A stretch of 64,000 nt of DNA from Octopus bimaculoides (GCF_001194135.2 NC_068981.1:150526020-150590019); one strand, 5' to 3'; positions 50,816-63,675 are shown, numbered from the stretch's first letter. Notes: generated from the letters alone by a model not told the origin. Numbers and translations: made by a program.

Positions 50816-51189
50816 TGAGCATACGCATGATTTATTTAATAGTGCAGACCATCTGATGATGAACCATGTCTCAAGAGGCCTACACTTGTCTTAGAATCAG
50901 GAATAGTCTGAGGTAAATTAATAATCAAAAGGTTTGAAAGATTACAAAGAAAGAAAATATACAATTATCAACAACAATAATGAGTTTGAATTTAAGGGAG
51001 AAAAAAAAAGTCAACAACAACAAAATACTTTATCTAATTTTTTACCAATTTATTTGGAATGTGATTGAAAATAAAGGACACTGAATCCAAACAAATTGTC
51101 TATATTTTAGTGAGCATTGGATATTTACTGCCAAGTGAACATTTGATGATGTAAGAATACAAGTGACAGTTTGACAAGTTTAGATTTAT

Positions 51190-51233
<44 letters not shown>

Positions 51234-51717
51234 CAGATATAGTCTACTTGCAAGAAATAAAGGGACATAGTCCAGGAGCCTTATCAAGGTTACTGGATTA
51301 TAGAAACGAGAAAAAAATAAAAGAGTAAAAGAAAATACCAGAAAAATCTTCTCTAGATTTTCTCACATGAAGTTTTATTGTCTTTCTTTCTCAATATATT
51401 AACGAATTCTTTATAATAATCTAACAACTGCTGTCGTTTTTTTTTTNNNNNNNNNNNNNNNNNNNNNNNNNNNNNNNNNNNNNNNNNNNNNNNNNNCATA
51501 TAAATAACATATATACTGAAATCTAGCTTATATTAAACATTTTGGATGGGTTTTTTTTTTTTTTTCACAAAAGGTACAATAAATAAATAGGAAATAAATA
51601 AAAACAAATTTGTGTGTGGATCTGTGTGTTTATATTTGTGTATGTGTGTGTGTACTTCTCTATGCATCATCATCATAATCATCATCATCATGCATACAGA
51701 GAAATGCACACATACAC

Positions 51718-51764
<47 letters not shown>

Positions 51765-51797
51765 TGTGTATGTGTGCATATATATATATCATGTGTA

Positions 51798-51840
<43 letters not shown>

Positions 51841-51924
51841 GCATATGTGTATGTGTGCATATATATATATATAATTATGTGGCAAATGAAAGATGGAAGA
51901 TGAAATGTACAAGAATTTTTATTA

Positions 51925-52030
51925 ATCATGACAATTGTTTCAACACATCTAGCATCGATACCTCACAGGTGGGACACTTAACAACTGGTTCAGGAGTATT
52001 CGGCAGTGCAGATGTGTCTCATCAGGTGAT
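51925..52030 (-). ncRNA. Type I hammerhead motif with extended stem II
   Basis: ATCAC-CTGATGA-GACACATCT...AGATGTGTT-GAAAC-AATT-GTC-ATGAT; ACAATTGT palindrome; first stem I pair lost (likely CpG decay). Confidence 0.7.
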
Positions 52031-52560
52031 AAGTAGATACAACTCAATAAAATAACAGTTCTGCAATGTATCTTCTCATTTCATAGAAAGAAAAGCAGCA
52101 AAACAAAGGAAATATCTTCATTTATATATTCACACACATTATACATTTACATACATATGCATATCAACATGCATGCATATAAAGACATACACATATATTT
52201 GTGTGTCTGTATGTACTAATGTGCATGTGTGTGTGTGTGTGCATGTGTGTGCATACGTGAGTATAAAAGATTTTCACAATGTTTTTAAACATGATACGTT
52301 TGACAAATTTTCTTAATTTCATGAGAAATTGGAGTAACTTCAATTTTTTTTAACTGGAAACAAACTGAAGAATATGAATCAATAAATAAATTAGTATATA
52401 GAGAATCACCTATAAGGAAACTGAGAAATAGGAAGAATTCTTCTAATCTTATATTTACAACCAAGAGAACATTTTGGACAGAGCTCTTTATTAAATCTAC
52501 TGTAAAGTTTCAAAGCTTCTTTTTAGTCTATCAAACCCTACCACAGACATAAATACACAC

Positions 52561-52594
<34 letters not shown>

Positions 52595-52694
52595 AGTTTT
52601 TGAAACACTGATGTTTTAAAGTCTGTATGAAACTACCAATGGAGAGTAAAGACTACATAATAATAATAATAATAATAATAATGATAATAATAAT

Positions 52695-53142
52695 AATCCT
52701 TTCTACCAGAGGCACAAGGCTCAAATTTGGTGGGAGGGGACTAGTCGATTACATCGACCCCAGTGTTTTACTGGTACTTAATTCATCGACCCCAAAAGGA
52801 TGAAAGGCAAAGTTGACCTTGGCAGTATATTTGAACTCAGAATGTAGTGATGGACAAAATATAGCTAAGTATTTCGTCCAGCATGCTCATGATTCTGCTA
52901 GCTCACCACCTCATATAACAATAATAATGATTCAAATTTTGGCACAAAACCAGCAATTTCAAGGGAGTTAGTAAGTCAATTATATTGACTCCATGTTCAA
53001 CTGGTACTTATTTTATCGACCCTGAAAGGATGGAAGGCAAAGTCAACCTCAGCAGAATTTGAACTCAGAATGTAAAGGCAGACGAAATGCTACTAGGCAT
53101 TTTGCCTGCCATGTAAATGATTCTGCCAGCTCTCTGCCTTGC

Positions 53143-53174
<32 letters not shown>

Positions 53175-53395
53175 TAATAATAATCATCATTTCTACTATA
53201 GGCGCAAGGCCTGAAATTTGGAGAGGGAGATAGTTAATTTCATCAACCCCAGTGTGCTACTGGTACTTATCAACCCAGAAAGGCTGAAATGCAAAGTTAA
53301 CCTTGGCACAATTTGAACCCATAACGTAAAAACAGACAAAATGCCAGTAAGCATTTTGACTGGCATACTAACAATTCTGCCAGCTCACCACATTG
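52695..53395 (-). mobile_element. Three tandem SINE family B copies separated by (AAT)n
   Basis: Copies at about 52695-52915, 52930-53140 and 53180-53395. Confidence 0.9.
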
Positions 53396-53414
53396 TATAA
53401 TAATACTAATAATA

Positions 53415-53457
<43 letters not shown>

Positions 53458-54584
53458 AGTTGGCAGATAGCATAAAATTTATTATTTAGGAGGAAGAGAC
53501 ATAGTCAAAGAACTAACTTGGCTAGTCTAATTACTCTAAGATATTTATCTGTGCCTCGCACACTCAAAATAGTTCAAATATTATTTCATATTGGTAGTGA
53601 TAAGATTATGTGATGTGCATGCTTATCTCATTAGACACTAAAAATATGAGTAAAGTGAAACAACAGTTGAAATTAATTATGAAATAATTCAAACTACTTC
53701 TTTATTTTGTTTTAACTATCACATCTCAGCTGCTAAGGAACTGGTGCAACAACACCTTTGAAGTTGTTAACTTAGTCATGAAAAGGAGCTTATGGTATAT
53801 ATTTGTCCAACCCATTCCAGCATGAAAAATGGACATTAAATGGTAATGACGATGACGACAATGATGATGATGATATTTGTTGTTTGTTGAAAACAGAGCA
53901 GAACTGATTTGGATTCAGGAGAATGAGATCTCCATACTGGATAGTAGATATCATCCAACATTGGCTCCACCTTACTGCAAAAAAATGAAAAGAAAAGAAA
54001 GAAAAGGAAAAGAAGAAAGAAAGAAAGAAATTCTAATTTTTCCTTATACATTTCAATGAAAATTTATGAGTTTCAAATACATTTTACAGGGTGACTATAA
54101 AATCTGAATAAATGGGAAATATCACAATCATATATGAATGCTCTCACACTGATGGAAATATGGAGTTACGACATCAGGTTCATGTGACTCTTACAAAGTG
54201 CATTGAACTTTGTACCTGTAGTGGTGGAAGCCCCAATGAAAATGTTATTCATTAATGAAACTGAATAAAATTATTGAAAATATGCATTTCCACCTCTATA
54301 GCCAGACTTTACAGTTATCCTGTATATTACTGGTGGATAGTTTAGTAGATATTGCAATCACCCACACAACCAATTTTTTAGAGAGAAGAAATATGCAGTT
54401 AATTCCAGCAGGACTTGAACTCAGAACCCCCAAGTTCTATTCTAGTTACTGTAAAGAATCCAAAATTAGCACTCTGTTGAAGTCAAACTATAAAGGTTCA
54501 TACTATATGACAAATCTTGATGCTCTACCAGGTCTGCCAAGTCACCTAATCATAAAAGTAATTTTTTTTTTTTTTATAAACAGG

Positions 54585-54950
54585 AGCAGCCATGGCTGTG
54601 AGGTTAAGAAGTTTTTGTTTTGCAACCATACGTTTGAGGTTCAATCCCACTGCACAGTTCCCAAGACAAGTGTCTTCTACTAAAGCTTTCAGCCAACCAA
54701 TACCTTGTGAGTTAATTTGGTAGTTAGAGACTGACAGAAGCCTATCAAATACATGTTTGTGTATCCTACTCAGCACTTGACAGCTGGTGTTGGTATGTTT
54801 ACATCCCTGTAACTTGGCAGTTCAGTAAAAAACACCAATAGAATAAGTACCAAACTAGAATATGAATAAGTACTGTGGTAGATTTGTTCAACTAAACACT
54901 TAAAGCATTGTCTCAGCACAGTCCAATAACTGAAACAACTAAAAAATAAA
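54585..54950 (+). mobile_element. SINE family A, CpG-depleted
   Basis: agccatggctgtgaggttaagaag head, caagtgtcttctac, aatagaataagtac. Confidence 0.85.
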
Positions 54951-55815
54951 AGATTATTTTCATATTTGGTTTAGCGCTTGTAATTTAGATGTGAAAGGGA
55001 ACAAGGAAAATGTATTGTTTATGCGAGTCCCAAGACTTTAGGCAATGTAAGATTACATATTTTATTAGCAGAGAGCTTATCATTACACTGCAACACCTTT
55101 GACTACAATAATGATAATAATGATGATGTTGATAATAATAATAACAAAAATAGAGTAATATTTTCATTATTATCATAAATCATTTTTATCTTTATCCTAG
55201 CCATTCTCTCGTGAATAGAATCCACACCAAACAGAAAACCTATAATTTTTATTGGTCTCCAAGAGGGAACTAACTTGGATGGTACATTAGCACCTTAACA
55301 TAAATGTTGTAGCAATTTATACCTCACTGATACAGTTACTACTACTACAAATATTATACAATTTCATGTGTTAGCATTATATATTATTATATATTATATA
55401 ATACTAATATTACATAATATTATATGTTATTATATAATATTAATATCATATAATATTAATATCATATAATATTATATAACTCATGTACAGTAGTATAACT
55501 GTACTTGTCAGAGGGGTTTGCTTTGTTTCGTTTTGTTTTGGGAAATATTGGTGCTGAATGATATTAATAAAAGTAAGCAAAAAGTTCTTTATATTACGAA
55601 AGGAGAGACAAAAAAATGTACTAAACAAAGAAAAATAAATAAATATTTGAATTCTCATTACATTTTCTGGTACTCTGTTATTAGTTCACAAGAAGACTAT
55701 TATTATTATTATTATTTTTATTATTATTATTAGTTGTTTCAAATGTTACAAATTCTGTTTATAAATTCAATAATGAATTAAAAGCAGCACTAGTGTTGTA
55801 AACATTATCGACTGT

Positions 55816-55971
55816 GCATATACAATGTACATATTTTGCTTTTTTGCTGGTTTGCTGTGGTACAGCATTTCAAGGATGACTCCATCATAATGCTGGGTGA
55901 GGGTGTTGACCCCCTAAGTGCTATGCCACAGCAAACCAGTGAACAAACAAAACACATACATTGAGTATGCT
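55816..55971. repeat. Imperfect inverted repeat, about 52-bp arms
   Basis: ctggtttgctgtggtacagca / tgctatgccacagcaaaccag core, extending to gcatatacaatgta / tacattgagtatgc. Confidence 0.85.
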
Positions 55972-56503
55972 TATATACATATAATAAACAAAGCAAGAAA
56001 TGTGTGTTATAAAGTTGTGTAGCTTTTCAAACTATTAACACTATCATTAGAGATGAAACATTATTTTGTAAAACATTTAATATGTACTCTTTGTTTACAT
56101 CAGGAATTTGGCAAAGTAATGACCAGAGATCAAATTAATTAAAATCTAGAGTACATATTAAATGTTATGAAATAAATCTCTCATAGCTTAATATGAGGTC
56201 AATAGATAAAAAAATGCATAGCTTCTTTACAACAACCCATCTCAGATATTTAAACATTTAATGAAGAAAAGCATGGATTAACTCTGGCAATTTATTTATT
56301 TTATTTGTTTTTGAGTCTAAGTTTATGTTTGTTGAAAATATGGTTCTTAATTATAAGCATACTGTTGCTTCTTAAATGTATTCAACTGTTATGTTTTTAA
56401 ATTCAAATTACAATGAACATAAACAAACAAACGATGTTTGCTTTTAAAAGCGTTGAGATGTCTTAGAAAGTTAAAGAAGTGATTTTAAATTCTCAATTGC
56501 AGA

Positions 56504-56600
56504 ATAATGCTAATAATATAGCCTGAACAGGATAAACTACCCCTATTTTGCAGAAAAATGTGTAGGTGGCTATATGTTCAGGCTATATTATTAGCATTAT
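56504..56600. repeat. Perfect 26-bp inverted repeat, 45-nt loop
   Basis: ataatgctaataatatagcctgaaca / tgttcaggctatattattagcattat. Confidence 0.95.
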
Positions 56601-56787
56601 CCTGTGTTATGTTTTTGTTTTTACTATATTATACTTAAATTGCTAACTCATAATTTTAATATTTAATTGTTGATGGTTGTATTTTTAAAGATATTTGAAT
56701 GTTTTCTGGTGTTGCAGCAGATTAGATTTCAAAATTATTATAAGAATTGTAATATAAATTAACAACTATATTACTTTAATATAACAC

Positions 56788-56975
56788 TGGCACTCTGTCG
56801 GTTATGACAACGAGGGTTCTGTACAATCAAAGGAACAGCCTGCTTGTGAAATTAATGTGCAAGTGGCTGAGCAATCCACAGACACACAAACCCTGAATGT
56901 AGTTCTTAAGGAGACTGAATGTAACACAGAGTGTGACAAGGCAGGCACTTTGAAAATACAGGTACCACTCATTTT
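56788..56975 (-). mobile_element. SINE family C, CpG-depleted
   Basis: cttgtgaaattaatgtgcaagtggctgagc vs ctcgtgaaattaacgtgcaagtggctgagc at 22.09 kb. Confidence 0.85.
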
Positions 56976-57277
56976 TGCCAGTTGAGCAAAGAAGCCACTA
57001 ACTGAAAAGCTGAATTTGAGGAAACCAGCATTTGGAATATATTGGCCAAAAAATAACTAATTAAACATCTCAAATATGAATATGTTTGAATGCTTAAGGA
57101 AGAAACAATTTCTAATGCTCTAAAACATTAAAATTCACATCTCTGCCTCAACAATATAAACTTATATTTACTAAACAATAAGGAACCAGTTTGTAAACAA
57201 TTATAGAAAAGATATTCAAATTACTCAGTAACAAATATATGTAAATAAATGAGTAATTGCCAACAATTAATTATTTT

Positions 57278-57317
<40 letters not shown>

Positions 57318-57872
57318 TAGTTTTCTTTGTATAATTTTCCCTTTTTTTATTCTTGTTCTGCGTGTTGAAATTTGAAGGGAGAGAAAAAAATTCAATAAAA
57401 TTATAGGTCGTTTCTTCATTTAGTTGCTGTTGTTGTTATATTTGTTGTAGTTGTAGTTCTTGTTATTGTTGTTGAGTCTTGATAAATTTGAACCAATCAG
57501 AGTATAGCAAATTAACCATTAGACATGACTGGTGCTGAAAACCACAAGCTCATCAACATCTGGTGTTTTACCATTCATTTCATTATTACATAATAATAGG
57601 TTAAGTGTTTGGTTAGGAAACTAAGGACAGGTGTGAGACTGGGAAATGAAGAAGAATGCATTCACACACACACAAATATATTCAAAGGAATTTAACTGGT
57701 TTTGAGTTTTAGTTACAAAAATTGACTTACTCTTTTACTGAGTTTAGTCATTGGACTGTGGCCATACTAGAGCATTACCTTCAAGGTTTTAGTTGATCAT
57801 TCAGAGCCTAGTATTTACTTTATAGATGTTTACCTATGAAACCACTGAATTGCAAGATATACAACCAACTGA

Positions 57873-57903
<31 letters not shown>

Positions 57904-58443
57904 TTACTCACATGTACATACATACATTTGGGCTTCCATGTAGTTTCTATTGCCCAAATTTAAGTCACAAGGCAGTAGTCAGTCTAAGAATATTGTAGAA
58001 CACACTTGCACATTGTATCACACAGTTGGGATTGAACCTGAGGCTATATGGTTGCAAAGCAAACCTCTTAACCACAAATCTATGCTTGCTCCTTGTTCAT
58101 TTGTCATAATAAATTGGGTCTTAAGCTCATACAGAATTTGAATTTGGTTTCTTGTCCTATGGTTGAAAAGCTGATGAAATCATAGACAGACAATAAACAC
58201 ACATGGGAGAAAGGAGAAGTATAACCAAGCAGAATCTATCAGTCAGTGATTAATTCAATATAATCCACATAATACTGAATCTCAATGTTATGTACAGCTG
58301 GCTCAGTACTGCCTAGAAGATTGTAAGATACCTTATTATCTTTAGAAGAATATTTCAAAACTTGAGCAGAACTGGTATGAAGGTGAGAAGATAGATAGCT
58401 GATAATAGGATGATAATATCATCAGCAACAATCAACGACTGCT

Positions 58444-58643
58444 TTCCATGCTGGCATGGGTTGGATGGCTTGGCAGGAACTGGCAAGGTCAGGGGCTGCA
58501 CAAGGTTCCATAGTCTGTTTTGGTTTGGTTTCTAAGGTTGGATACTCTTCCTAAGAAACCAAGCCAAAACAGAGTATGGAACCTGGTGCAGTCTCTGGAT
58601 TTGCCAGTTTCTGTCAAGCTGTCCAACCCATGCCAGCATAGAA
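58444..58643. repeat. Fold-back of two SINE/RTE-tail halves, about 94-bp arms, 12-nt loop
   Basis: 58444-58537 vs 58550-58643, roughly 85 percent identical by eye. Confidence 0.9.
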
Positions 58644-59504
58644 AACAAAGGTTAAATGTTGATGATGATAACACTTAGAGTTAAATATTCAGTGTGGAGC
58701 CAAGGTGAGAGATTCTATGCCAGTAATTCTTAACCTATTGTTGCACAAAGCCCTCTTTCAACAAATGGCATTTTACAAATACCCCTTCAAAAGTTTCAGA
58801 CATAAAAATACACAAAACAGCAGACTATTTTAAACAAATAGAAGCTAATTTTGCACAGTTATTTATTATCCATTATCTGATGCTGGTGCTAGGTAAAGAG
58901 AACCTCAGTCTGTAAGGTGACTGGCATTAGGAAGGGCATCCAACCACACAAACCTTGCCAAAGCTGACATTAGAGCTTGGTCTTCTGACTTGCCAGCTCT
59001 AATCAAACTGTCCAACCCATGCCAGCATAGAAAATGGATGATGATGATGTCAATGACCACAACAATGACGATGTCTTTTTTTTTATAGTACCCCAAACAG
59101 CATTTTCCTCTTTTTATATATTAATGGGCTAATGACCTGTTTATAGAACTTACTGAAGAAGGCAAGGACTTGTACAGTAATTATTATATTGGATCATGGG
59201 GCATCATCACTCATGTTTCATGGTTACTAAAAACACAATAACCTATCCATATTTTAATTCTGACAAAAACGTTTTTATGAGAATGTATTTAAAATATAAG
59301 TATAGTGCCTAGGTGAAATATTTTATTTCTAAGAAAAATCAAAACCCTTCTAAACACACAGTGCCACCTGTAGTGCCCTCTTGTGAGCATACAATGCCAC
59401 CAAGAGAACACTATCACCCAACTTGAGAACCATAACTCTATGCAGTCTATGGCTGTGACTTAAACCAATTTAAGGCAAATGTTTCAGTTTTTACATGTCA
59501 ATAC

Positions 59505-59725
59505 TTTCATCGTTTAACGTCCGCTTTCCATGCCAGCATGGGTTGGACGATTTGACTGAGGACTGGTGAAACCGGATGGCAACACCAGGCTCCAGTCTAA
59601 TTTGGCAGAGTTTCTACAGCTGGATGCCCTTCCTAACGCCAACCACTCAGAGAGTGTAGTGGGTGCTTTTACGTGTCACCCGCACGAAAACGGCCACGCT
59701 CGAAATGGTGTCTTTTATGTGCCAG
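59505..59725 (-). mobile_element. RTE-tail SINE (young, CpG-rich); older copy at 58905-59050 (+)
   Basis: tccaacccatgctggcatggaaagcggacgttaaacgatg-type tail; cagctggatgcccttcctaacgcc body. Confidence 0.85.
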
Positions 59726-60499
59726 AGTAGTTGAAAATAAAGTTTTAAAAATAATAAAGATGATAACAATAAAGAAAGTGATAAATATTTCCTATTATTG
59801 TAAACAATGAACAAAGATATTCCCATTTTATTGATTCTTCAGATGAATACAAATCTTGGCAGTAATCATAAGTTTTACTCATAAGATTGGCAAGTTTCCT
59901 GTTTTCCTTAGTAGTTTGCTAAATATGGAAGCTAATATATCTATTGTACGACTTAAGATGCTGGTTGCTTTTGTTGTTGATCTTGTTATTGTAATAGTAA
60001 GTAGATATTATTGATAATGAGAGTACAAAACTTGGGAATGGAAGTAACAGAACTGTTCTAACACTTGAGATTGCAAAGTTAAGCATTACAGATATTATAC
60101 CACTAACTTATCACAAATCCCTCAAGATCAATGTATGATATTCAATCAAAACAGATGCTTTGATATAGGTATTGAAACAGAGAAACAGTAACAGATAAGA
60201 AGAGAATGGGAGAGTAAATCCAGTTACAAGTTATCTCATTAATCAAGTTATGTTATTTTAGGAAATAAGTTATCTTATAAATCAAATCATGCACCTCATG
60301 AAATAAGTTACAAAGATATAAACCGAAGTTATAAAGTAGAAAATTCACTGAGGGGGAAAAGATGAAAAAACAAAACTAATATAACGTTATACAAGTGCAA
60401 TAATATTTGATGCTGATTTGAGATCTAATTACTGCTAATTAACATGTTTCCTATTAAGCAGTTGTTCTAAATTAAACACATTTCAGAAATTACTTTCCT

Positions 60500-60770
60500 T
60501 AATACTTTTCTGTTGTGAGTGTACATGCTCATGAGGTTAGATCTTATCTGGATTTTCAGGGTGTTCAAGTACAAGACCCCTACTCTTGAACAGGATGCCA
60601 GTCTATCAAAAAGTAAACCCCCAGATGCCAGTGTATTCATTTCCAGCTGAGTGTACTGAAGTAATGGGAAATAAAGTGATTTTATTAAGGACACAACACC
60701 CTGCCTGGCCCAACACTTGAACGCACAACTTAAAGCTACAGAGTCCAATACATTAGCCACAAGATCATGA
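60500..60770 (-). mobile_element. tRNA-derived SINE, old and CpG-depleted
   Basis: Minus strand tggctaatgt..gcgttcaag head; ttgtgtcctt..cttcagtacactcagctgg body. Confidence 0.55.
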
Positions 60771-61084
60771 TTGTTCACCTGTCTAAAGTAGACATGAAGG
60801 AAAGCAGCAAGTTCAATGAGAAAATATCACCACCACTCACATAATGTTACAGCAACATGAGAAATATGAAGACAGCATGAAAAAGTATGAAGAATGTGAG
60901 AAACAAAATCAACTGGTGTAGGTTGATTTATAATTAATCAAATGTCAAGAAAAGGATTTTGACAAAGAGAAAGAAAATTGATAAATGAATAAATAATGAA
61001 ATGTCCAAAAACATATCAAAGCATTTGAAAATAAACACAACACAGCCAAAGGGATCGCAGTCTTTGTCAATAATAATAATAATG

Positions 61085-61297
61085 GTTTCAAATTTTGCCA
61101 CAAGGGCAGCAATTTTAGGGGAGGAGATAAGTTAATTACATCAACCCCAGTGCATAATTGATACTTATTTCATTGGTCCCCAAAAGGATGAAAAGCAAAG
61201 TCAACCCCAGCAGAATTTGAATTCAGAATGTAAAGATGGACAAAATGCTGGTAAGCATTTTGCCCAGCAGGCTAACAATTCTGCCAGGTCACCACCT
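61085..61297 (-). mobile_element. SINE family B; further plus copies at 61563-61775 and 61830-61975
   Basis: Same core as 13200-13393 with CpG to TpG changes; flanked by (AAT)n. Confidence 0.85.
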
Positions 61298-61308
61298 TAA
61301 TAATAATA

Positions 61309-61530
61309 CAGAGGCTTTGGAAGGTGCAGGTAAAATATATTCCTGTAGTTATAGGTGCATTAGGAAATATCCCTAAAGATTTGAACAGATGGATAGAGGA
61401 AATAAGCATAAAACCTAGTTTAGTACAGTTCCAGAAAACTGTTATTAGGAACAACTAGGATGCTTAGGAAGGTTCTTGGCATCTAAGGTTAGTTGTCATC
61501 GCTCAGTGTTAGGAATTATTAGTACATTAT
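61309..61530 (+). mobile_element. R4/Dong LINE extreme 3' end
   Basis: RLWKVQVKYIPVVIGALGNIPKDLNRWIEEI..FQKTV.LGTTRMLRKVLGI*; embedded in TAA repeats. Confidence 0.85.
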
Positions 61531-63625
61531 TAGGAACCATTATTATTATTACTATTATTATTAAGGCAGTGAGCTGGCAGAATTTTTACCACATTGGCAA
61601 AATGCTTAGTGGCATTTCATCTGTCTTTACATTCTGAATTCAAATTCCACCAAGGTCAACTTTGCCTTTCATTTTGGGGTTGATAAAATAAGTACCATTT
61701 AAGTACTAGGATCAATGTAACCAACTAGCCCAAACACCCAAAATTTTAGGCCTTGTGCCTATAGTAGAAAGGATCATTACTATTATTATTGTTAAAGTAG
61801 TAAATTTGCAAATCAACATTTGTTCTGGATATTTATGTTCTGAGTTCAAATATTGCTGAGGTCAACTTTGCTTTTCATTTTCTTGAGGTTGATAAAATAA
61901 GTACTAGTCAAGTACTGGGATCAAAGTAATCAACAGCCCCCTCCCCTCAAAATTACTGGCCTTGAGCAACAAATAGAAAAAAATTATTGTAAGCATTCTC
62001 CCATCATCAAAGATTGCATTTTAGATTTACCTGTGTTACATTCCTAGAAATAATATCAGCTGATTTTTTTTCAAGTCTTTAATTAAGCTAAAAGGACTAA
62101 AAAAAATTTTTCCTGGGATTATGAAAAAAAGTCATTGCAAGTGAGAAGTGGGAAAGTCCCATCATTAATAAGCAATGTCTGTAAATTTAACCACTGTGCA
62201 TGTGTGTATGTGTGGGCAGTCAATGTGTGTGTATGTGTGTAAGGAAAGCAATTCACAACCAAAAAGAAGTTTTCAAAAACCACATTGACAGACACTGCTA
62301 TTCTAAATTCAGCATCACCTGAAGGTTAAACAATACATTTACATTCTTTAACAGCAATCAGACTTCATTTGCTTCATATCTAATTAATTAATTAATTAAA
62401 TGATTAATTAAAAACAAAGTTAATTGTGTGTTAATTGACAAGTTGTCATTCTACTGAAGACAAGTCTTAAAGGTAATATAAGAAGAAATTTAGAAACAAG
62501 ATATTTTTTTTTTTTTGACTAAGAATAAAGGTCCTTTATTTCCAGAATGAGGAAGAATAGAAAGACCACTTTGATGCTCAAACATTTTCTAAAGGAATAT
62601 TGCGGTATAAATAATACAATATAGTTTCAATCAGAAGTAAAACTGAGTCAAAGTTTAGGCTCTCCTGGAAGTTAATCTCTTGCTTTGAAGACACTCACCA
62701 AAAGTAAATACAATAAAAAGACATACAAATACAATATAGACATGATTTTTAAAAGAAAATTTGATCTGTTTCTAAATAAACATTCAGATTGAAAATCATA
62801 AAACAAATCAAGGTGTGTAGATACAGAATAGAACCCAGTTTCACAGGCTGATATTTTCAAGTACTGTCAGAAGTCTTATTTTTCTCCTAATTCTCCTACA
62901 TAAAATTATCTCTACATAATGATTTATCAATTCCAGGATTCATTTTGAATAACTTATGAAATATTAATATTAGATTATTCACTAACTGAAGTCATCTGAT
63001 GTCTAAGGAAGAATAGTGATAAACCATGTTTTACTTAATCACAAAATATTAATGCTAAAGTAACTAAAAAATGAAATACCTCAATCAAATCCATTTATGG
63101 GATCATCTACTACCTCCAGTTGGTCTACTACATTAAATGACTTCCATAACTTACACAAGCATACACCATTTATATTGAACATATATGTAAAGCTCCTGGG
63201 AAACCCTGGTACAAAGATAGAGCTATATATATATATATATATATATNNNNNNNNNNNNNNNNNNNNNNNNNNNNNNNNNNNNNNNNNNNNNNNNNNNNNN
63301 NNNNNNNNNNNNNNNNNNNNNNNNNNNNNNNNNNGCGAGTAAAAATAAATACAAAAAAGGTGGTTTTTTTGTATGATTGTGTATAGAGGAATATATTATT
63401 TTGTTTAAAAGAGTTCCAACACTGTGTTTTTTATGTTTTATTTATATTCCTGCAGAACCAATGTGGGGTATAGAATATGGAATATACAATATATAATATA
63501 ATATACAATATATAATATAAAATAAAATAAAATAAAAATGGATGGCACCATGAAAGAAAGTATTGCATGTAGATGAAATATTGAGTGTTCAATATAAAGG
63601 ATCAAATATATATAAATATAAATAT

Positions 63626-63675
63626 ATAACGGCGACTCGAGTTTCAGGGCTATTTCCCTTCGTCATGGCCGGTAT
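63626..63675 (-). ncRNA. Minimal type I hammerhead motif with one-base insertion in the core
   Basis: ATACCGGC-C(A)TGACGA-AGGG aaatag CCCT-GAAAC-TCGA-GTC-GCCGTTAT; stem I 7/8, ACTCGAGT palindrome. Confidence 0.7.

Noticed and set aside
50845-50910. CTGATGA as another hammerhead
   Set aside because: No GAAA core or pairing stems downstream
55875-55901. SECIS-like ATGA...AA...GA
   Set aside because: Helix II would be only about 7 bp with a mismatch, versus about 11-12 bp needed; no selenoprotein ORF nearby
60850-60925. Coiled-coil-like exon QHEKYEDSMKKYEECEKQNQL
   Set aside because: Weak donor, an equally plausible exon on the opposite strand, and low-complexity purine-rich sequence
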